DNA from: Rhodospirillales bacterium | GTDB lineage: Bacteria > Pseudomonadota > Alphaproteobacteria > Acetobacterales > Acetobacteraceae | DNA: 64,000 bases | Reading direction: 5' to 3' | NCBI GenBank assembly: GCA_018971565.1 | Contig: JAGXAO010000002.1 | Span: 6,499-70,498 of the forward strand | Shown here: positions 29,886-39,779 of the stretch, piece by piece | Numbering within the stretch: position 1 is the stretch's first letter | Layout of the letters: each line of letters starts with the position of its first letter | Notes under the pieces: model-generated | The model's database searches: none | What the model was told of the DNA's origin: nothing | Seen by the model: only the letters and a program-made list of their open reading frames with translations | Program-made: the position numbers and the translations under genes

Positions 29886-30930
29886 TACTGTGTATCACCG
29901 GCTCGTCGGAAAGAATGGCGCGGTCCATTGCCGCCAGCGCATCGGCGATATGGCTATTGAAGTCATGGGCTACCATATCCAATGCAACATCCACAGCATG
30001 GGCAAAGCCCAATGCATCCGTGCCGCCATGGGATTTAACGACAACGCCGTTCAGCCCCAACAGTACGGCACCGTTATAACGCCGGGGGTCCAAAGTTTCT
30101 TTTAACCGCTTCAGAGCGCCCCTGGCAAAAATGTAACCCATTTTGGCAAGCGGGCCAGCGTTAAACACACGGCGCAGCAGGTCCCCCACCAATTTTAGGG
30201 CCCCCTCACCTGTTTTTAGCGCCACATTACCAGTAAAGCCGTCAGTTACCACTACATCCACGGTACCGGCGGCGATGTCGTGGCCTTCAACAAACCCATA
30301 AAATTGTTCACTAAACGGGCCTTCCCGAAGCGTGGCTGCGGCATTGCGCAATGTATCATCGCCCTTCCCTTCCTCGGAACCGATGTTGAGAAGGCCGAAG
30401 GTGGGGGTAGGCAACCCCAGCACGATCCGCGCAAAGATCATGCCCATCAGGGCGAATTCAACGAGGTTTCGGGCATCGTAGACCACGTTTAGCCCGAGAT
30501 CGAGCATCACCACATCGCCTTTGGCGGAGGGCGCTGTGGCAGCCATGGCCGGGCGGTCTATGCCCTTCAGAGATTTAAGAACAATTTTGGAGAGGGCAAG
30601 CAAGGCGCCGGTATTACCGGCGGAGACGACGCCCTGCGCATCTCCGGCCAGCACGGCGTCTATGGCACGGCGCATCGAGGAATCCCGCAGGCGCAACGCC
30701 ACGGTCGGCTTCATGTCGCCGGTCACAGCCTCGGTGCAATGGCGCAGTTCGTGGCGCCCGGCGAGATGTTTGGCCGATGCAAGCAACGGGATGAGGCGAG
30801 CCTCATCCCCGAATATAAGAAAAAAAGCGCGCGGCTGGCGTTCCGCGGCGATGTCGAGCCCGGCAATAATGGCGTCTGGCGCGTGGTCACCACCCATGGC
30901 ATCCACTGCCAGTTTACTGCTCTGGCTCAT
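29878..30930 (-). CDS. plsX: phosphate acyltransferase PlsX
   Basis: AVDAMGGDHAP N-terminus and full-length PlsX similarity. Overlaps fabH by 8 nt. Confidence 0.95.
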   Translation of the reverse strand: MSQSSKLAVDAMGGDHAPDAIIAGLDIAAERQPRAFFLIFGDEARLIPLLASAKHLAGRHELRHCTEAVTGDMKPTVALRLRDSSMRRAIDAVLAGDAQGVVSAGNTGALLALSKIVLKSLKGIDRPAMAATAPSAKGDVVMLDLGLNVVYDARNLVEFALMGMIFARIVLGLPTPTFGLLNIGSEEGKGDDTLRNAAATLREGPFSEQFYGFVEGHDIAAGTVDVVVTDGFTGNVALKTGEGALKLVGDLLRRVFNAGPLAKMGYIFARGALKRLKETLDPRRYNGAVLLGLNGVVVKSHGGTDALGFAHAVDVALDMVAHDFNSHIADALAAMDRAILSDEPVIHSNG

Positions 30931-30985
30931 TTTATCCCTATTTTGGGCTTTTTATCACCGCTTCCAACCATAGCTTAACGCGGGC

Positions 30986-31189
30986 TCAGACGCGGACGAC
31001 GCCCTTAGCTTCCTTGCCGGCACCCACAACCTCACGGCCATCGTAATGGCCGCAATGGGCGCATACATGGTGCGGGCGCTTCAGCTCGCCGCAATTGGAG
31101 CACTCTGCGTGCGCCTCGGCGGAAAGTGCCTGGTGGCTGCGGCGCATGCCTGCGCGCGAAGGGGAGGTTTTTCTTTTAGGAACGGCCAT
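30986..31189 (-). CDS. rpmF: 50S ribosomal protein L32
   Basis: [19 protein letters not shown]... with the CxxC...CxxC zinc ribbon. Confidence 0.95.
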   Translation of the reverse strand: MAVPKRKTSPSRAGMRRSHQALSAEAHAECSNCGELKRPHHVCAHCGHYDGREVVGAGKEAKGVVRV

Positions 31190-31282
31190 GACAAAACGCC
31201 TTACAGAATCAGTCTAAGTATTGGAAAGCGCCGCGTAGCAGAGCCCGGCGTGGCTCGCAAGTCATGGCAGATAATTTCGCGG

Positions 31283-31846
31283 TCAGGCTGCGCCAGGTTT
31301 GTTAAACCTGGCGGCCAGGGCCGCAAAAGGATTAGCATTGCCGTCTGTCGCCGTATCCGGCAGGGCGGCAGAGGGTTTGCGGGGGTATGGGTCCAATATC
31401 AGGGCAAGTTGCTCAGCCAGGGCCGCGCCAAGATCCACAATATCGTTCGTGTAAGGGATTTCGTCGGGCGAATCGAGGGCATCCGGGGTAATATCCTCAT
31501 CCAGCGCATCGTCCGCCGGGGCATGGCGCATCGCGGCCTCGGGCACAAAGCGTAAGGCTGCCGTATCCTGAATCGTGACTTCGAAAGGTTCGAGTGTGAC
31601 CACGCAGATCTGAATGACAGAAGCGTTCATTATCAGCGTGGCGGCCAGTATGCCCGACCGCTCATGGTGGAGCGTGAAACGGCCTTCCAGCCGGGAAATT
31701 CCCGGAATGGCACAACGTGCCGCCAGAGCCGCCCTCTGCGCCTCGTTCGCGCTGACGGTGAATATCTGGCTGTTATCCTTGATTTGTGCGGCCTTGACCG
31801 GGTAACTGAGTTCTTCCTGCATTTGTGTAATATAGAGCTTGCGCAT
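31283..31846 (-). CDS. DUF177/YceD-family protein (large-subunit rRNA accumulation protein)
   Basis: Conserved position upstream of rpmF. Acidic C-terminal half with DIVDLGAALAEQLALILDPYPRKP. Start set at ATG 31846, since the longer track ORF would overlap bamE. The start is uncertain. Confidence 0.75.
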   Translation of the reverse strand: MRKLYITQMQEELSYPVKAAQIKDNSQIFTVSANEAQRAALAARCAIPGISRLEGRFTLHHERSGILAATLIMNASVIQICVVTLEPFEVTIQDTAALRFVPEAAMRHAPADDALDEDITPDALDSPDEIPYTNDIVDLGAALAEQLALILDPYPRKPSAALPDTATDGNANPFAALAARFNKPGAA

Positions 31847-31930
31847 TGACACGTAAGCCCCTGCCGTGAGACCCAAAGGCGCGAGAGATCGCCTCGGTGC
31901 GATTGTTTCTACAAGCTTAAGGATTGAAGC

Positions 31931-32461
31931 GTGCGCCTGACCAAGCTGCCCCAAAGCCTGCTTCTGACCACTCTGCTGGGCGTTTCTGGCTGCGCCGTGT
32001 TCTCCGACACGCCACATTATCGCGGCATTTCGGTTTCACAGAACGAACTTAAGCAACTTACCCCTGGCGTTTCTCAGCAGGCCGATGTGCAGGCCCTGCT
32101 GGGACCGCCGACCTTCATTGAGCAATACGACCCGAACAATTGGGTTTACGTCTCGCAGATCACGAAAATGCGAATTGCCCGTACCGAGGGGGTAACGCAC
32201 CAGACTGTTGTGGTTGTAACCTTTAATAACGACGGCTCCTTTGAATCCGCGACCCGTAAGACGCTGGGCGATGCCGTACCCGTTTCCATGGACAGCAAAC
32301 AAACACCCGTGCCAGGCGGTACCCCGGGGTTCCTCCAGCAGCTTATTGGCGGTGTTGGCAGTTACAGCCCGTTGGGTAACGCGGCCGATACTTCAGGCGC
32401 CAATGGCGCCGCGGCGCTTGGCGGCAATGGCGCTTCCAGCGGCCTCGGCAGCGGTTTCTAA
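31931..32461 (+). CDS. bamE: outer membrane protein assembly factor BamE (SmpA/OmlA lipoprotein)
   Basis: Lipobox LLGVSGC, SmpA_OmlA core (GVSQQADVQALLGPPTF...NNWVYV) and a G/A/S-rich tail. GTG start. Confidence 0.8.
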   Translation: MRLTKLPQSLLLTTLLGVSGCAVFSDTPHYRGISVSQNELKQLTPGVSQQADVQALLGPPTFIEQYDPNNWVYVSQITKMRIARTEGVTHQTVVVVTFNNDGSFESATRKTLGDAVPVSMDSKQTPVPGGTPGFLQQLIGGVGSYSPLGNAADTSGANGAAALGGNGASSGLGSGF

Positions 32462-32465
32462 GCCG

Positions 32466-34037
32466 GTGCGCCGGCGGCCTGTTCTGCTCGGCGGCCTTGC
32501 CGCGCTTTCTGCGATAACTGCGCGCGCGCAAAGCGTGCTTGGCAACACAGCACAGCAAAATTTTCAGGCGGCGGCGCTGGACGACAAGACCGGCCCCGGA
32601 TTTTCCAGGATTGTTATTGCCCGCTGGGGCGACATGCTCCAGCCGGACGCGCCGCCCTTCGACCCTGCGGCACTTACCGCCGAGCAGGCCAACAGCCAGT
32701 TTCCTTACGACGCGGTGATCGCGGCGCTGGTATCGCCGCCACCGGCGCAAGATGGCGTTCCGCGCCTGGTGCTGGTTACAGCCAACCCCACAGCGCCAGC
32801 GCGGATGCTTTTTAGCGGTGGTGTTGATAACCCCGAAGTTGCCGGGCGCGAGCAAGGCGTTACTGTGGTTAACCTACAATATCTTTCCGGGCGCTGGGTA
32901 ACGGTTGTGGGTGGCTACCAGACCCGCCGCCTTGCCGATGCCACACTCTGCCAGCTTTCCGGACCCGCCGCGGCGCAAATTGGCGCGACCGTACAAGGTG
33001 TGCTGGCGGTAAATGGCGGCAGCGCCACGCCATGGGGCAGCGTGTTGCTGGCAGAAGGCGATGCAGGGCCATGGCTTACGCGGCTGGCAGGGCTTGGCCT
33101 TGGTTACAATAACCCTGCCGTGGCGGCGCGTTATGGCTGGGTGGTTGAATTCGACCCGCTTGACCCGCTTTCTATTCCCGTGAAGCGCACGGCACTTGGG
33201 CGGATTGCCCGGGCCGGGGTGCTGGCGACTGCTACCAAGGATGGCCGCCCAGTGGTGTTCTTCACGCAAGACGCAGCGGGGGGCATGCTGTTCCGGTTCG
33301 TTGCAGCCACGAACGCGGCGGATGGCACAGCGCTTGACACCGGCACGCTCTGCGTGGCGGTTTTGGGCGGAGGCGGAATTGATTGGGTGGTTCTGCCGGG
33401 TGGCGTGCCAACCTTGGCGGGGCTCGCGAATGCCGGAATCACGGCCGGGGGTGAGAGTTTTGACGCACCTGGCGGCCTGGCGATGAGCGCTGATGGCACC
33501 ACTCTATATCTGGCCTGCGCCGGCAATGCGGCGCGCAGCGTTGCTGATACACTGAACCCAGGTGGCGAGGCCGGCCATATCGTGCAATTCACTCTGCCCG
33601 GCGCCGACGCCACTGCCCAGCATTTTCCTGCAAGCATCGCACTAATTGCAGGCAACCCAGCCACCGAAGAAGGCACCCAATATGGCCCCGGCAGCCAGGC
33701 TTGGCTGCGCAAGCCCCGCACACTTGCCATCGACCCCGCAGGGAACCTCTGGATTGGCACCGACCAGCGTGGCGATACGGCGCAAACGGCGGACGGGCTG
33801 TTTATCATGCAGACCACCGGCCCTGCCCAGGGCGCTGTAGCCTATGCCTACTTGGCACCCGTTGGCGCGGCAGCAGGGGGCGCTGCCTTTGACGCCGCCA
33901 GCAAAACGACATTTGGCGCGGTGCGCCACCCCGGTGCCACGCCGGGGGCGAGTTTCGCTAATCCCGCCACACGCTGGCCAACCCTGCAACCTGATATGCC
34001 GCCGCAAACCACTATCATCGGGCTGGTAACGCAGTGA
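32466..34037 (+). CDS. PhoX/DUF839-family Tat-secreted beta-propeller protein
   Basis: GTG 32466 gives a Tat-like VRRRPVLLGGLAALSAITARAQ leader. Blocks GWVVEFDPLDP, KRTALGRIARAGV, NLWIGTDQRGD and GAVRHPG resemble PhoX-like proteins. The track ORF start (32241) would overlap bamE. Confidence 0.7.
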   Translation: MRRRPVLLGGLAALSAITARAQSVLGNTAQQNFQAAALDDKTGPGFSRIVIARWGDMLQPDAPPFDPAALTAEQANSQFPYDAVIAALVSPPPAQDGVPRLVLVTANPTAPARMLFSGGVDNPEVAGREQGVTVVNLQYLSGRWVTVVGGYQTRRLADATLCQLSGPAAAQIGATVQGVLAVNGGSATPWGSVLLAEGDAGPWLTRLAGLGLGYNNPAVAARYGWVVEFDPLDPLSIPVKRTALGRIARAGVLATATKDGRPVVFFTQDAAGGMLFRFVAATNAADGTALDTGTLCVAVLGGGGIDWVVLPGGVPTLAGLANAGITAGGESFDAPGGLAMSADGTTLYLACAGNAARSVADTLNPGGEAGHIVQFTLPGADATAQHFPASIALIAGNPATEEGTQYGPGSQAWLRKPRTLAIDPAGNLWIGTDQRGDTAQTADGLFIMQTTGPAQGAVAYAYLAPVGAAAGGAAFDAASKTTFGAVRHPGATPGASFANPATRWPTLQPDMPPQTTIIGLVTQ

Positions 34038-34471
34038 TCGAGATTGTCCGGGCTGAACATGGCTCGGTAGAACTTGAAGCTTGCTTTGCCATCCGCGTTG
34101 CCGTGTTTGTAGACGAACAAGGCGTGCCCCTGGAGGAAGAGCTGGACGAGCTGGACGATACGGCCATGCATTTTCTGGCACTGTGGAACGGCACACCGGC
34201 AGGCACAGCCCGCGCCGTAGAAAAAACGCCGGGCTTAAGAAAAATAGGCCGGGTAGCGGTAAGGGCGGCGTTCCGCAAATTCGGCATCGGTAAGGCACTG
34301 ATGCAAGGCATCGAAGCTGAATGCCCTGGCAGCACTTTTATGCTGGACGCGCAGACCTATGCGATCGGGTTTTACCAGAGGTTGGGTTACACCGCTGAAG
34401 GGCCGGAGTTTCTGGATGCGGGCATTCCCCACCGGCTCATGCGTAAGGCGGGCTCTGCATCTGGCGGCTGA
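34034..34471 (+). CDS. GNAT family N-acetyltransferase
   Basis: 145 aa. Acetyl-CoA binding block IGRVAVRAAFRKFGIGKALM (R/Q-x-x-G-x-G/A). Confidence 0.8.
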   Translation: MIEIVRAEHGSVELEACFAIRVAVFVDEQGVPLEEELDELDDTAMHFLALWNGTPAGTARAVEKTPGLRKIGRVAVRAAFRKFGIGKALMQGIEAECPGSTFMLDAQTYAIGFYQRLGYTAEGPEFLDAGIPHRLMRKAGSASGG

Positions 34472-34488
34472 AGCCGGGAAAGTAGGAT

Positions 34489-35157
34489 TTAAAAATCCAG
34501 ATCCGCGTAATGGGGTGGAGGCGCCATGCCGTTCACACGGTCTGCCAAAACAGCACGGAAACATGGGCGAGACTTGATGCGTGCGTACCAGTCCTTCGCG
34601 GCGGGGGAAACCGACCAATCGACATCTCCCATGAAATCCAGCGTGGAGAGCATAGCGGCGGCGGCAAAATCCGCGACTGAAAGATTAGCCCCCGCCAGCC
34701 AGCGCCGGTGCTCTGCCAACCAGCCGATATAAAGCAGATGCTGCTTTAAGTTGGCATAGCCCGCGCGCAGGGCGTTGCCATCTGGCGCGCCTAGCTTGAG
34801 TGCCTGTTTGAGGTTTTTTTCCCAATAAAGATTGCGGACAACCTCATCGTAAAACTTCTCATCAAACCAGGCGGTGAGGCGGCGGGTTTCAACACGCTCA
34901 GGCTGGGCGCGGCTCAGCAGCGACGTGTCAGGGTAGGATTCTTCCAGATACTCACAAATCACCCGTGAGTCCGGGACAACGAGTCCGTTATCCTCAATGA
35001 GAGTCGGCACGGTGCAGGCGGGGTTCATTTCCAGATAGCTGGGTTGGCGGTCCCAGACTTTTTCGACCCGAAGCTCGAAAGGCAGACGTTTCTCTGCCAG
35101 AACCATTCGCACCTTGCGCGAATAGGGGGATAGCGGAAGGTGATAAAGGACTCGCAT
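34489..35157 (-). CDS. glutathione S-transferase family protein
   Basis: N-terminal thioredoxin-like GST fold (HLPLSPYSRKVRMVLAEKRLPFE...VPTLIED) and a helical C-terminal domain. Confidence 0.85.
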   Translation of the reverse strand: MRVLYHLPLSPYSRKVRMVLAEKRLPFELRVEKVWDRQPSYLEMNPACTVPTLIEDNGLVVPDSRVICEYLEESYPDTSLLSRAQPERVETRRLTAWFDEKFYDEVVRNLYWEKNLKQALKLGAPDGNALRAGYANLKQHLLYIGWLAEHRRWLAGANLSVADFAAAAMLSTLDFMGDVDWSVSPAAKDWYARIKSRPCFRAVLADRVNGMAPPPHYADLDF

Positions 35158-35189
35158 GGCCGGGATTATGGCACTCTAAAATGCTTACA

Positions 35190-35224
35190 AAAAGAGGCTG
35201 CCTTTTTAAAAAGCAGCCTCTTTT
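35190..35224 (-). terminator. rho-independent terminator after gltB
   Basis: AAAAGAGGCTGC-N11-GCAGCCTCTTTT. On the minus strand the stem is followed by a U-run. Confidence 0.65.
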
Positions 35225-35241
35225 GCAACAACTATAGCTGG

Positions 35242-38200
35242 TCAGGCGGTTTTCAACGCCGGTGCGTCGTCCAGCGCCGCGGGTAGATATTTAATATACT
35301 CAGTTGGCACCACCTGCCAGAAATGCGGGGCCTCACGGTCCCAGTCATTCAGCAGCGTTGCGGCATAAACGCTTTCTGTTTCGGCCACATGGCGTTCCAC
35401 CAGTTCGCGCAACACGCCGGCCCAATATGAGGCGTTAATGCGCTGCCAATGCAGTGTCTCCTTGTTCAGCCGCATCTCAAACTTATTCGCGCGGTCATAA
35501 ACAAAAGCGATGCCACCGGTGAAGCCTGCGCCGAAATTGTCGCCAACCTCGCCCAAAATAACAACCGTGCCGCCGGTCATATATTCGCAAGCGTTGGAGC
35601 CGACACCTTCAACAACCGTTGTGGCGCCGGAATTGCGTACGGCGAAACGCTCGCCCGCCAGCCCCGCAGCAAACAGGCTGCCTGCGGTGGCGCCATAGAG
35701 CACCGTGTTGCCGATGATGGTGTTCTCGTTGGTTTTAAGCTTGGAAGAAGGGCCAGGCCGCACCACGATGCTACCGCCTGAAAGCCCCTTGCCGACATAA
35801 TCATTCGCATCGCCAAACACTTCCAGCTTCAACCCGTTTACCGCGAAGGCGCCGAGAGACTGCCCGGCGGAACCGCGCAGCCGCACGGTTACGTGGCCCG
35901 GCTGCAGCTTCACCTTCCGGTATTTCGCAACAATCTGCGAGCTGAACTTGGTGCCGATGGCGCGGTGCGTGTTGCGGATGTTGTATTGCAACTGCATCTT
36001 CTCGCCGTTCTTGAAGAACGGCTCGGCATCCTCGATCATCTGGGCATCCAGCGTCTCTGGCACCTCGTTGCGGCCCTCGCGGGTGCAGTAGCGCGCATAG
36101 GGGCCGGGGTCTGCCTGGGCCAGAAGCGGGTTGAGATCAAGGTCGTCCAGATAATCCGCACCGCGTGAAACCTGGTGCAGCAGGTCTGTGCGGCCGATAA
36201 CCTCAGCAAGCGAACGGAAGCCAAGCCCAGCCAGAATTTCACGCACTTCCTCGGCCACGAATGAGAAGAGGTTGATGACCTTCTCCGGCGTGCCGTCGAA
36301 TTTCTGGCGCAGCGCCTCGTCCTGCGTGCACACGCCCACCGGGCAAGTGTTGGAATGGCACTGGCGGACCATGATGCAGCCCATGGCAACCAGGCTGGCT
36401 GTGCCGATGCCGAATTCCTCAGCGCCCAGCATGGCGGCGATGACCACATCGCGCCCGGTCTTCAGCCCGCCATCCGTCCGCAGCACCACCTGATGGCGCA
36501 GGCGGTTGAGCATGAGCACCTGATGCGCCTCGGAAAGCCCCATCTCCCACGGCATGCCGGCATATTTCACCGAGCTTTGCGGGGAAGCACCGGTGCCACC
36601 AACATGGCCGGAGATCAGGATCGCATCTGCCTTCGCCTTCGCCACACCAGCCGCGATGGTGCCAATGCCCGAGCGCGCCACCAGCTTCACGCACACTGTG
36701 GCGCGCGGGTTGATCTGCTTCAGGTCGTAGATGAGCTGCGCCAGATCCTCGATGGAATAGATATCGTGATGCGGCGGCGGGGAGATGAGCGTGACTCCCG
36801 GCGTGGAGTGACGCAACTTGGCGATGAGCTCCGTAACCTTGAAGCCCGGCAGTTGTCCGCCCTCACCCGGCTTGGCGCCTTGCGCAACCTTGATCTCGAT
36901 TTCCTTACAATCGTTCAGGTATTCCGCCGTGACGCCGAAGCGCCCGGAGGCAATCTGTTTGATCGCCGAGGAGGCATTATCACCATTCGGGCGCGGCTCG
37001 GCGCGCGCCGGGTCTTCACCGCCTTCGCCGGAATCGGAGCGCGCCCCGATGCGGTTCATGGCGATGGAAAGCGTCTCATGCGCTTCCGGTGAAAGCGCGC
37101 CCAGCGAGATGCCGGGGGCAAGCAGCCGCTTGCGGATGGAGGTAATGCTCTCCACCTCGTCAGGCGAGATGGGGTTCAGCCCGTCGGTGCGGAAATCCAG
37201 CAAATCGCGCAGCGCCACCGGCTTCTGCTTGCGCACCATTTCCGAATAACGTTTGAACATCCTGTAGGAACCGCTGCCAACAGCAGTTTGCAGCAGGTGG
37301 ATGGCGTTATTGTCGAAAGCATGGGCTTCGCCGGTGCGGCGCTGGCGGTATAGCCCGCCGGCATCCAGCGGCACGGCAACGCCGCCCCAGGCCTTTTCGT
37401 GCAGTTCCAGCACCTTATGCGCGATGCCAGGCAGGCCAATACCGGAAATGCGCGAAGCCATGCCGGGGAAGAACTCACCTACCAGCGCGCGGGAAAGCCC
37501 GATGGCCTCGAAATTATAGCCGCCGCGATAAGAAGAGATGACCGAGATGCCCATTTTGGACATCACCTTCAGCAACCCCTTATCAACAGCCTTCTTATAA
37601 CGGGCGACGCATTCCTTCAGCGAGACATTGCCGAACAGCCCGCGCGCATGCCGGTCCGCGATGCATTCCTGTGCCAGATAGGCGTTTACCGTGGTGGCGC
37701 CCACGCCCACCAGCACCGCGAAATAATGTACGTCCAGACACTCGGAGGAGCGGACGTTCAAGCTGGTGAAGGTGCGCAGAGATTGCCGCACCAGATGCGT
37801 GTGCACAGCACCCGTGGCGAGGATCATCGGGATCGGCGCGCGCTCCGGGCTCGTCGCTTCGTCGGTGAGGATGACGTGCGTGCAACCGGCGCGCACGCCT
37901 TCCTCCGCCTCGCGCCGAATCCGCTCTATGGCGCGGCGCAAGCCGCCCTCCCCGTTTACAATTTTGAAAGTGGCATCCACCACGCAAGCCGAAGCGCCCA
38001 TGGTGCGGCGCATGGCCTCAAACTCGGCGCTGGAAAGCACAGGGGATTCGAGCTGAAGCAGGTCGCACTGATCCTCAGTTTCGTCCAGCACATTGCCAAG
38101 ATTACCAAGGCGCGTCTTCAGCGTCATCACCCTGGTCTCACGCAGGGAATCCATGGCCGGGTTCGTCACCTGGCTGAAGCTCTGGCGGAAATAATGGTGC

Positions 38201-39774
38201 AAGCCACGGTAACGGTCAGACAACACGGCAACCGGCGTGTCATCGCCCATCGAGCCTGTGGCCTCCTGCGCTGTTTCCACCATGGGGTGCAGGATCAGCT
38301 CCATATCCTCCAGCGAAAACCCAACCGCGAGCTGGCGGCGGCGCAATGCCTCGGCACTCAGCCGCACCGGCTCCGGCGCATCGGTTTTCACGATATGGTC
38401 GATGACGGTGATACGCTTGGTCCAGGCGGCAAAATCCTGGCGCGCCGCCAACATGTCCTTCAATTCACCATCATGGTAGAATTTCGATTCATCGAGATCC
38501 ACGGCGATGGTCTGGCCGGGGCCGACCGCACCCTTCTCGATGATATCCTCCTCATCGAGCTTCACCATACCGGTTTCAGAACCAACGATGAGCATGTTTT
38601 GCCTGGTGATGGAGTAACGCAACGGCCGCAGGCCGTTACGGTCCAGCCCGGCAATAACAAACCTGCCATCAGTGGCGGCAACAGCGGCCGGGCCGTCCCA
38701 CGGTTCCATCACGGCGTTGCAGTACAAGAACAAATCTTTATGCGCCTGCGGCATTGCCGCGTCGCTGGAGATAGATGGCGGGATCATCAATGTTTTTGCC
38801 ATTGGCGCGTCGCGCCCGGCGCGCACCAGCAGTTCAAACACATTATCCAGCGCTGCCGTATCGGAGCCCGAGGCCTGCACAACGGGTTTTACATAATCCA
38901 AAAACTCGTCCAGCCCTTCGGCGCCCAGCCGCGTTTCGTGGCTCTGCATCCAGTTGATATTGCCGGCAACGGTGTTGATCTCGCCGTTATGGGCCAGCAT
39001 GCGGAAGGGTTGTGCCAGCTTCCAGGTGGGAAATGTGTTAGTGGAATAACGCTGGTGGTAAATGGCAAAGCGCGAAACAAAACGCGCATCCAGCAGGTCC
39101 GGGTAAAAATCCGTCAGGCTTTCGGCCAGAAACATGCCCTTATAGACAATGGAGCGGCAGGAGAGCGAGCAGAGGTAAAGCTCTGGCACCTGCGCCTCGA
39201 TGGCGGCCTTCTCGATCTTGCGGCGGATGATGTACAGCTCGCGCTCGAACTCATCCTCCGAGAGGCCGCGCGCGTTCCAGAGCATGATCTGCTCAATCTC
39301 GGGGCGGGTGGCGTTGGCCTTCTCACCGATGCAGGCGACATTGATGGGCACTTGGCGCCAGCCATAAATGCGATAACCGAAATTAAGGATCTCGGTTTCT
39401 ACAATCTGGCGGCAACGCTCCTGCGCGCCGAGGTCGGTTTTTGGCAGAAACACCATGCCCACCGCGATGGCGCCTTCATGCAGCCTATCTCCACCGCGCT
39501 TGATCTCGGCCGCAAAGAAATCCTGCGGAATTTCGATATGAATGCCCGCACCATCACCGGTTTTGCCATCGGCATCCACGGCACCACGGTGCCAGACGGC
39601 TTTTAGTGCATCGATACCAGCCTGCACAATGTCCCGGCGCTTCTTACCATCCAGTGCCGCGACAAGACCGACGCCACAGGCATCATGCTCCTGCTCACGG
39701 CTATAGGTATGGCGCAGAGCCTCGGTATTAGCATCCCAGGCGGCGAGAAATTCGGGTGCGGTTTCGTGATTCAT
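35242..39774 (-). CDS. gltB: glutamate synthase (NADPH) large subunit
   Basis: 1510 aa. Ntn amidotransferase start HDACGVGLVA, FMN/3Fe-4S central domains and a GXGXG C-terminal beta-helix. Confidence 0.97.
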   Translation of the reverse strand: MNHETAPEFLAAWDANTEALRHTYSREQEHDACGVGLVAALDGKKRRDIVQAGIDALKAVWHRGAVDADGKTGDGAGIHIEIPQDFFAAEIKRGGDRLHEGAIAVGMVFLPKTDLGAQERCRQIVETEILNFGYRIYGWRQVPINVACIGEKANATRPEIEQIMLWNARGLSEDEFERELYIIRRKIEKAAIEAQVPELYLCSLSCRSIVYKGMFLAESLTDFYPDLLDARFVSRFAIYHQRYSTNTFPTWKLAQPFRMLAHNGEINTVAGNINWMQSHETRLGAEGLDEFLDYVKPVVQASGSDTAALDNVFELLVRAGRDAPMAKTLMIPPSISSDAAMPQAHKDLFLYCNAVMEPWDGPAAVAATDGRFVIAGLDRNGLRPLRYSITRQNMLIVGSETGMVKLDEEDIIEKGAVGPGQTIAVDLDESKFYHDGELKDMLAARQDFAAWTKRITVIDHIVKTDAPEPVRLSAEALRRRQLAVGFSLEDMELILHPMVETAQEATGSMGDDTPVAVLSDRYRGLHHYFRQSFSQVTNPAMDSLRETRVMTLKTRLGNLGNVLDETEDQCDLLQLESPVLSSAEFEAMRRTMGASACVVDATFKIVNGEGGLRRAIERIRREAEEGVRAGCTHVILTDEATSPERAPIPMILATGAVHTHLVRQSLRTFTSLNVRSSECLDVHYFAVLVGVGATTVNAYLAQECIADRHARGLFGNVSLKECVARYKKAVDKGLLKVMSKMGISVISSYRGGYNFEAIGLSRALVGEFFPGMASRISGIGLPGIAHKVLELHEKAWGGVAVPLDAGGLYRQRRTGEAHAFDNNAIHLLQTAVGSGSYRMFKRYSEMVRKQKPVALRDLLDFRTDGLNPISPDEVESITSIRKRLLAPGISLGALSPEAHETLSIAMNRIGARSDSGEGGEDPARAEPRPNGDNASSAIKQIASGRFGVTAEYLNDCKEIEIKVAQGAKPGEGGQLPGFKVTELIAKLRHSTPGVTLISPPPHHDIYSIEDLAQLIYDLKQINPRATVCVKLVARSGIGTIAAGVAKAKADAILISGHVGGTGASPQSSVKYAGMPWEMGLSEAHQVLMLNRLRHQVVLRTDGGLKTGRDVVIAAMLGAEEFGIGTASLVAMGCIMVRQCHSNTCPVGVCTQDEALRQKFDGTPEKVINLFSFVAEEVREILAGLGFRSLAEVIGRTDLLHQVSRGADYLDDLDLNPLLAQADPGPYARYCTREGRNEVPETLDAQMIEDAEPFFKNGEKMQLQYNIRNTHRAIGTKFSSQIVAKYRKVKLQPGHVTVRLRGSAGQSLGAFAVNGLKLEVFGDANDYVGKGLSGGSIVVRPGPSSKLKTNENTIIGNTVLYGATAGSLFAAGLAGERFAVRNSGATTVVEGVGSNACEYMTGGTVVILGEVGDNFGAGFTGGIAFVYDRANKFEMRLNKETLHWQRINASYWAGVLRELVERHVAETESVYAATLLNDWDREAPHFWQVVPTEYIKYLPAALDDAPALKTA

Positions 39775-39779
39775 GGCGA

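Noticed and set aside
32241-32465. N-terminal 75-codon extension of the PhoX-like ORF
   Set aside because: It overlaps the 3' half of bamE in another frame. In-frame GTG 32466, just after the bamE stop, yields a proper twin-arginine leader.
37399-39606. 735-aa plus-strand ORF, the longest unexplained ORF in the track
   Set aside because: It lies entirely antisense to gltB, whose product is full-length and highly conserved. The translation is R/G/H/A/L-rich with no recognisable motif. Stop-poor antisense frames are expected in GC-rich coding DNA.
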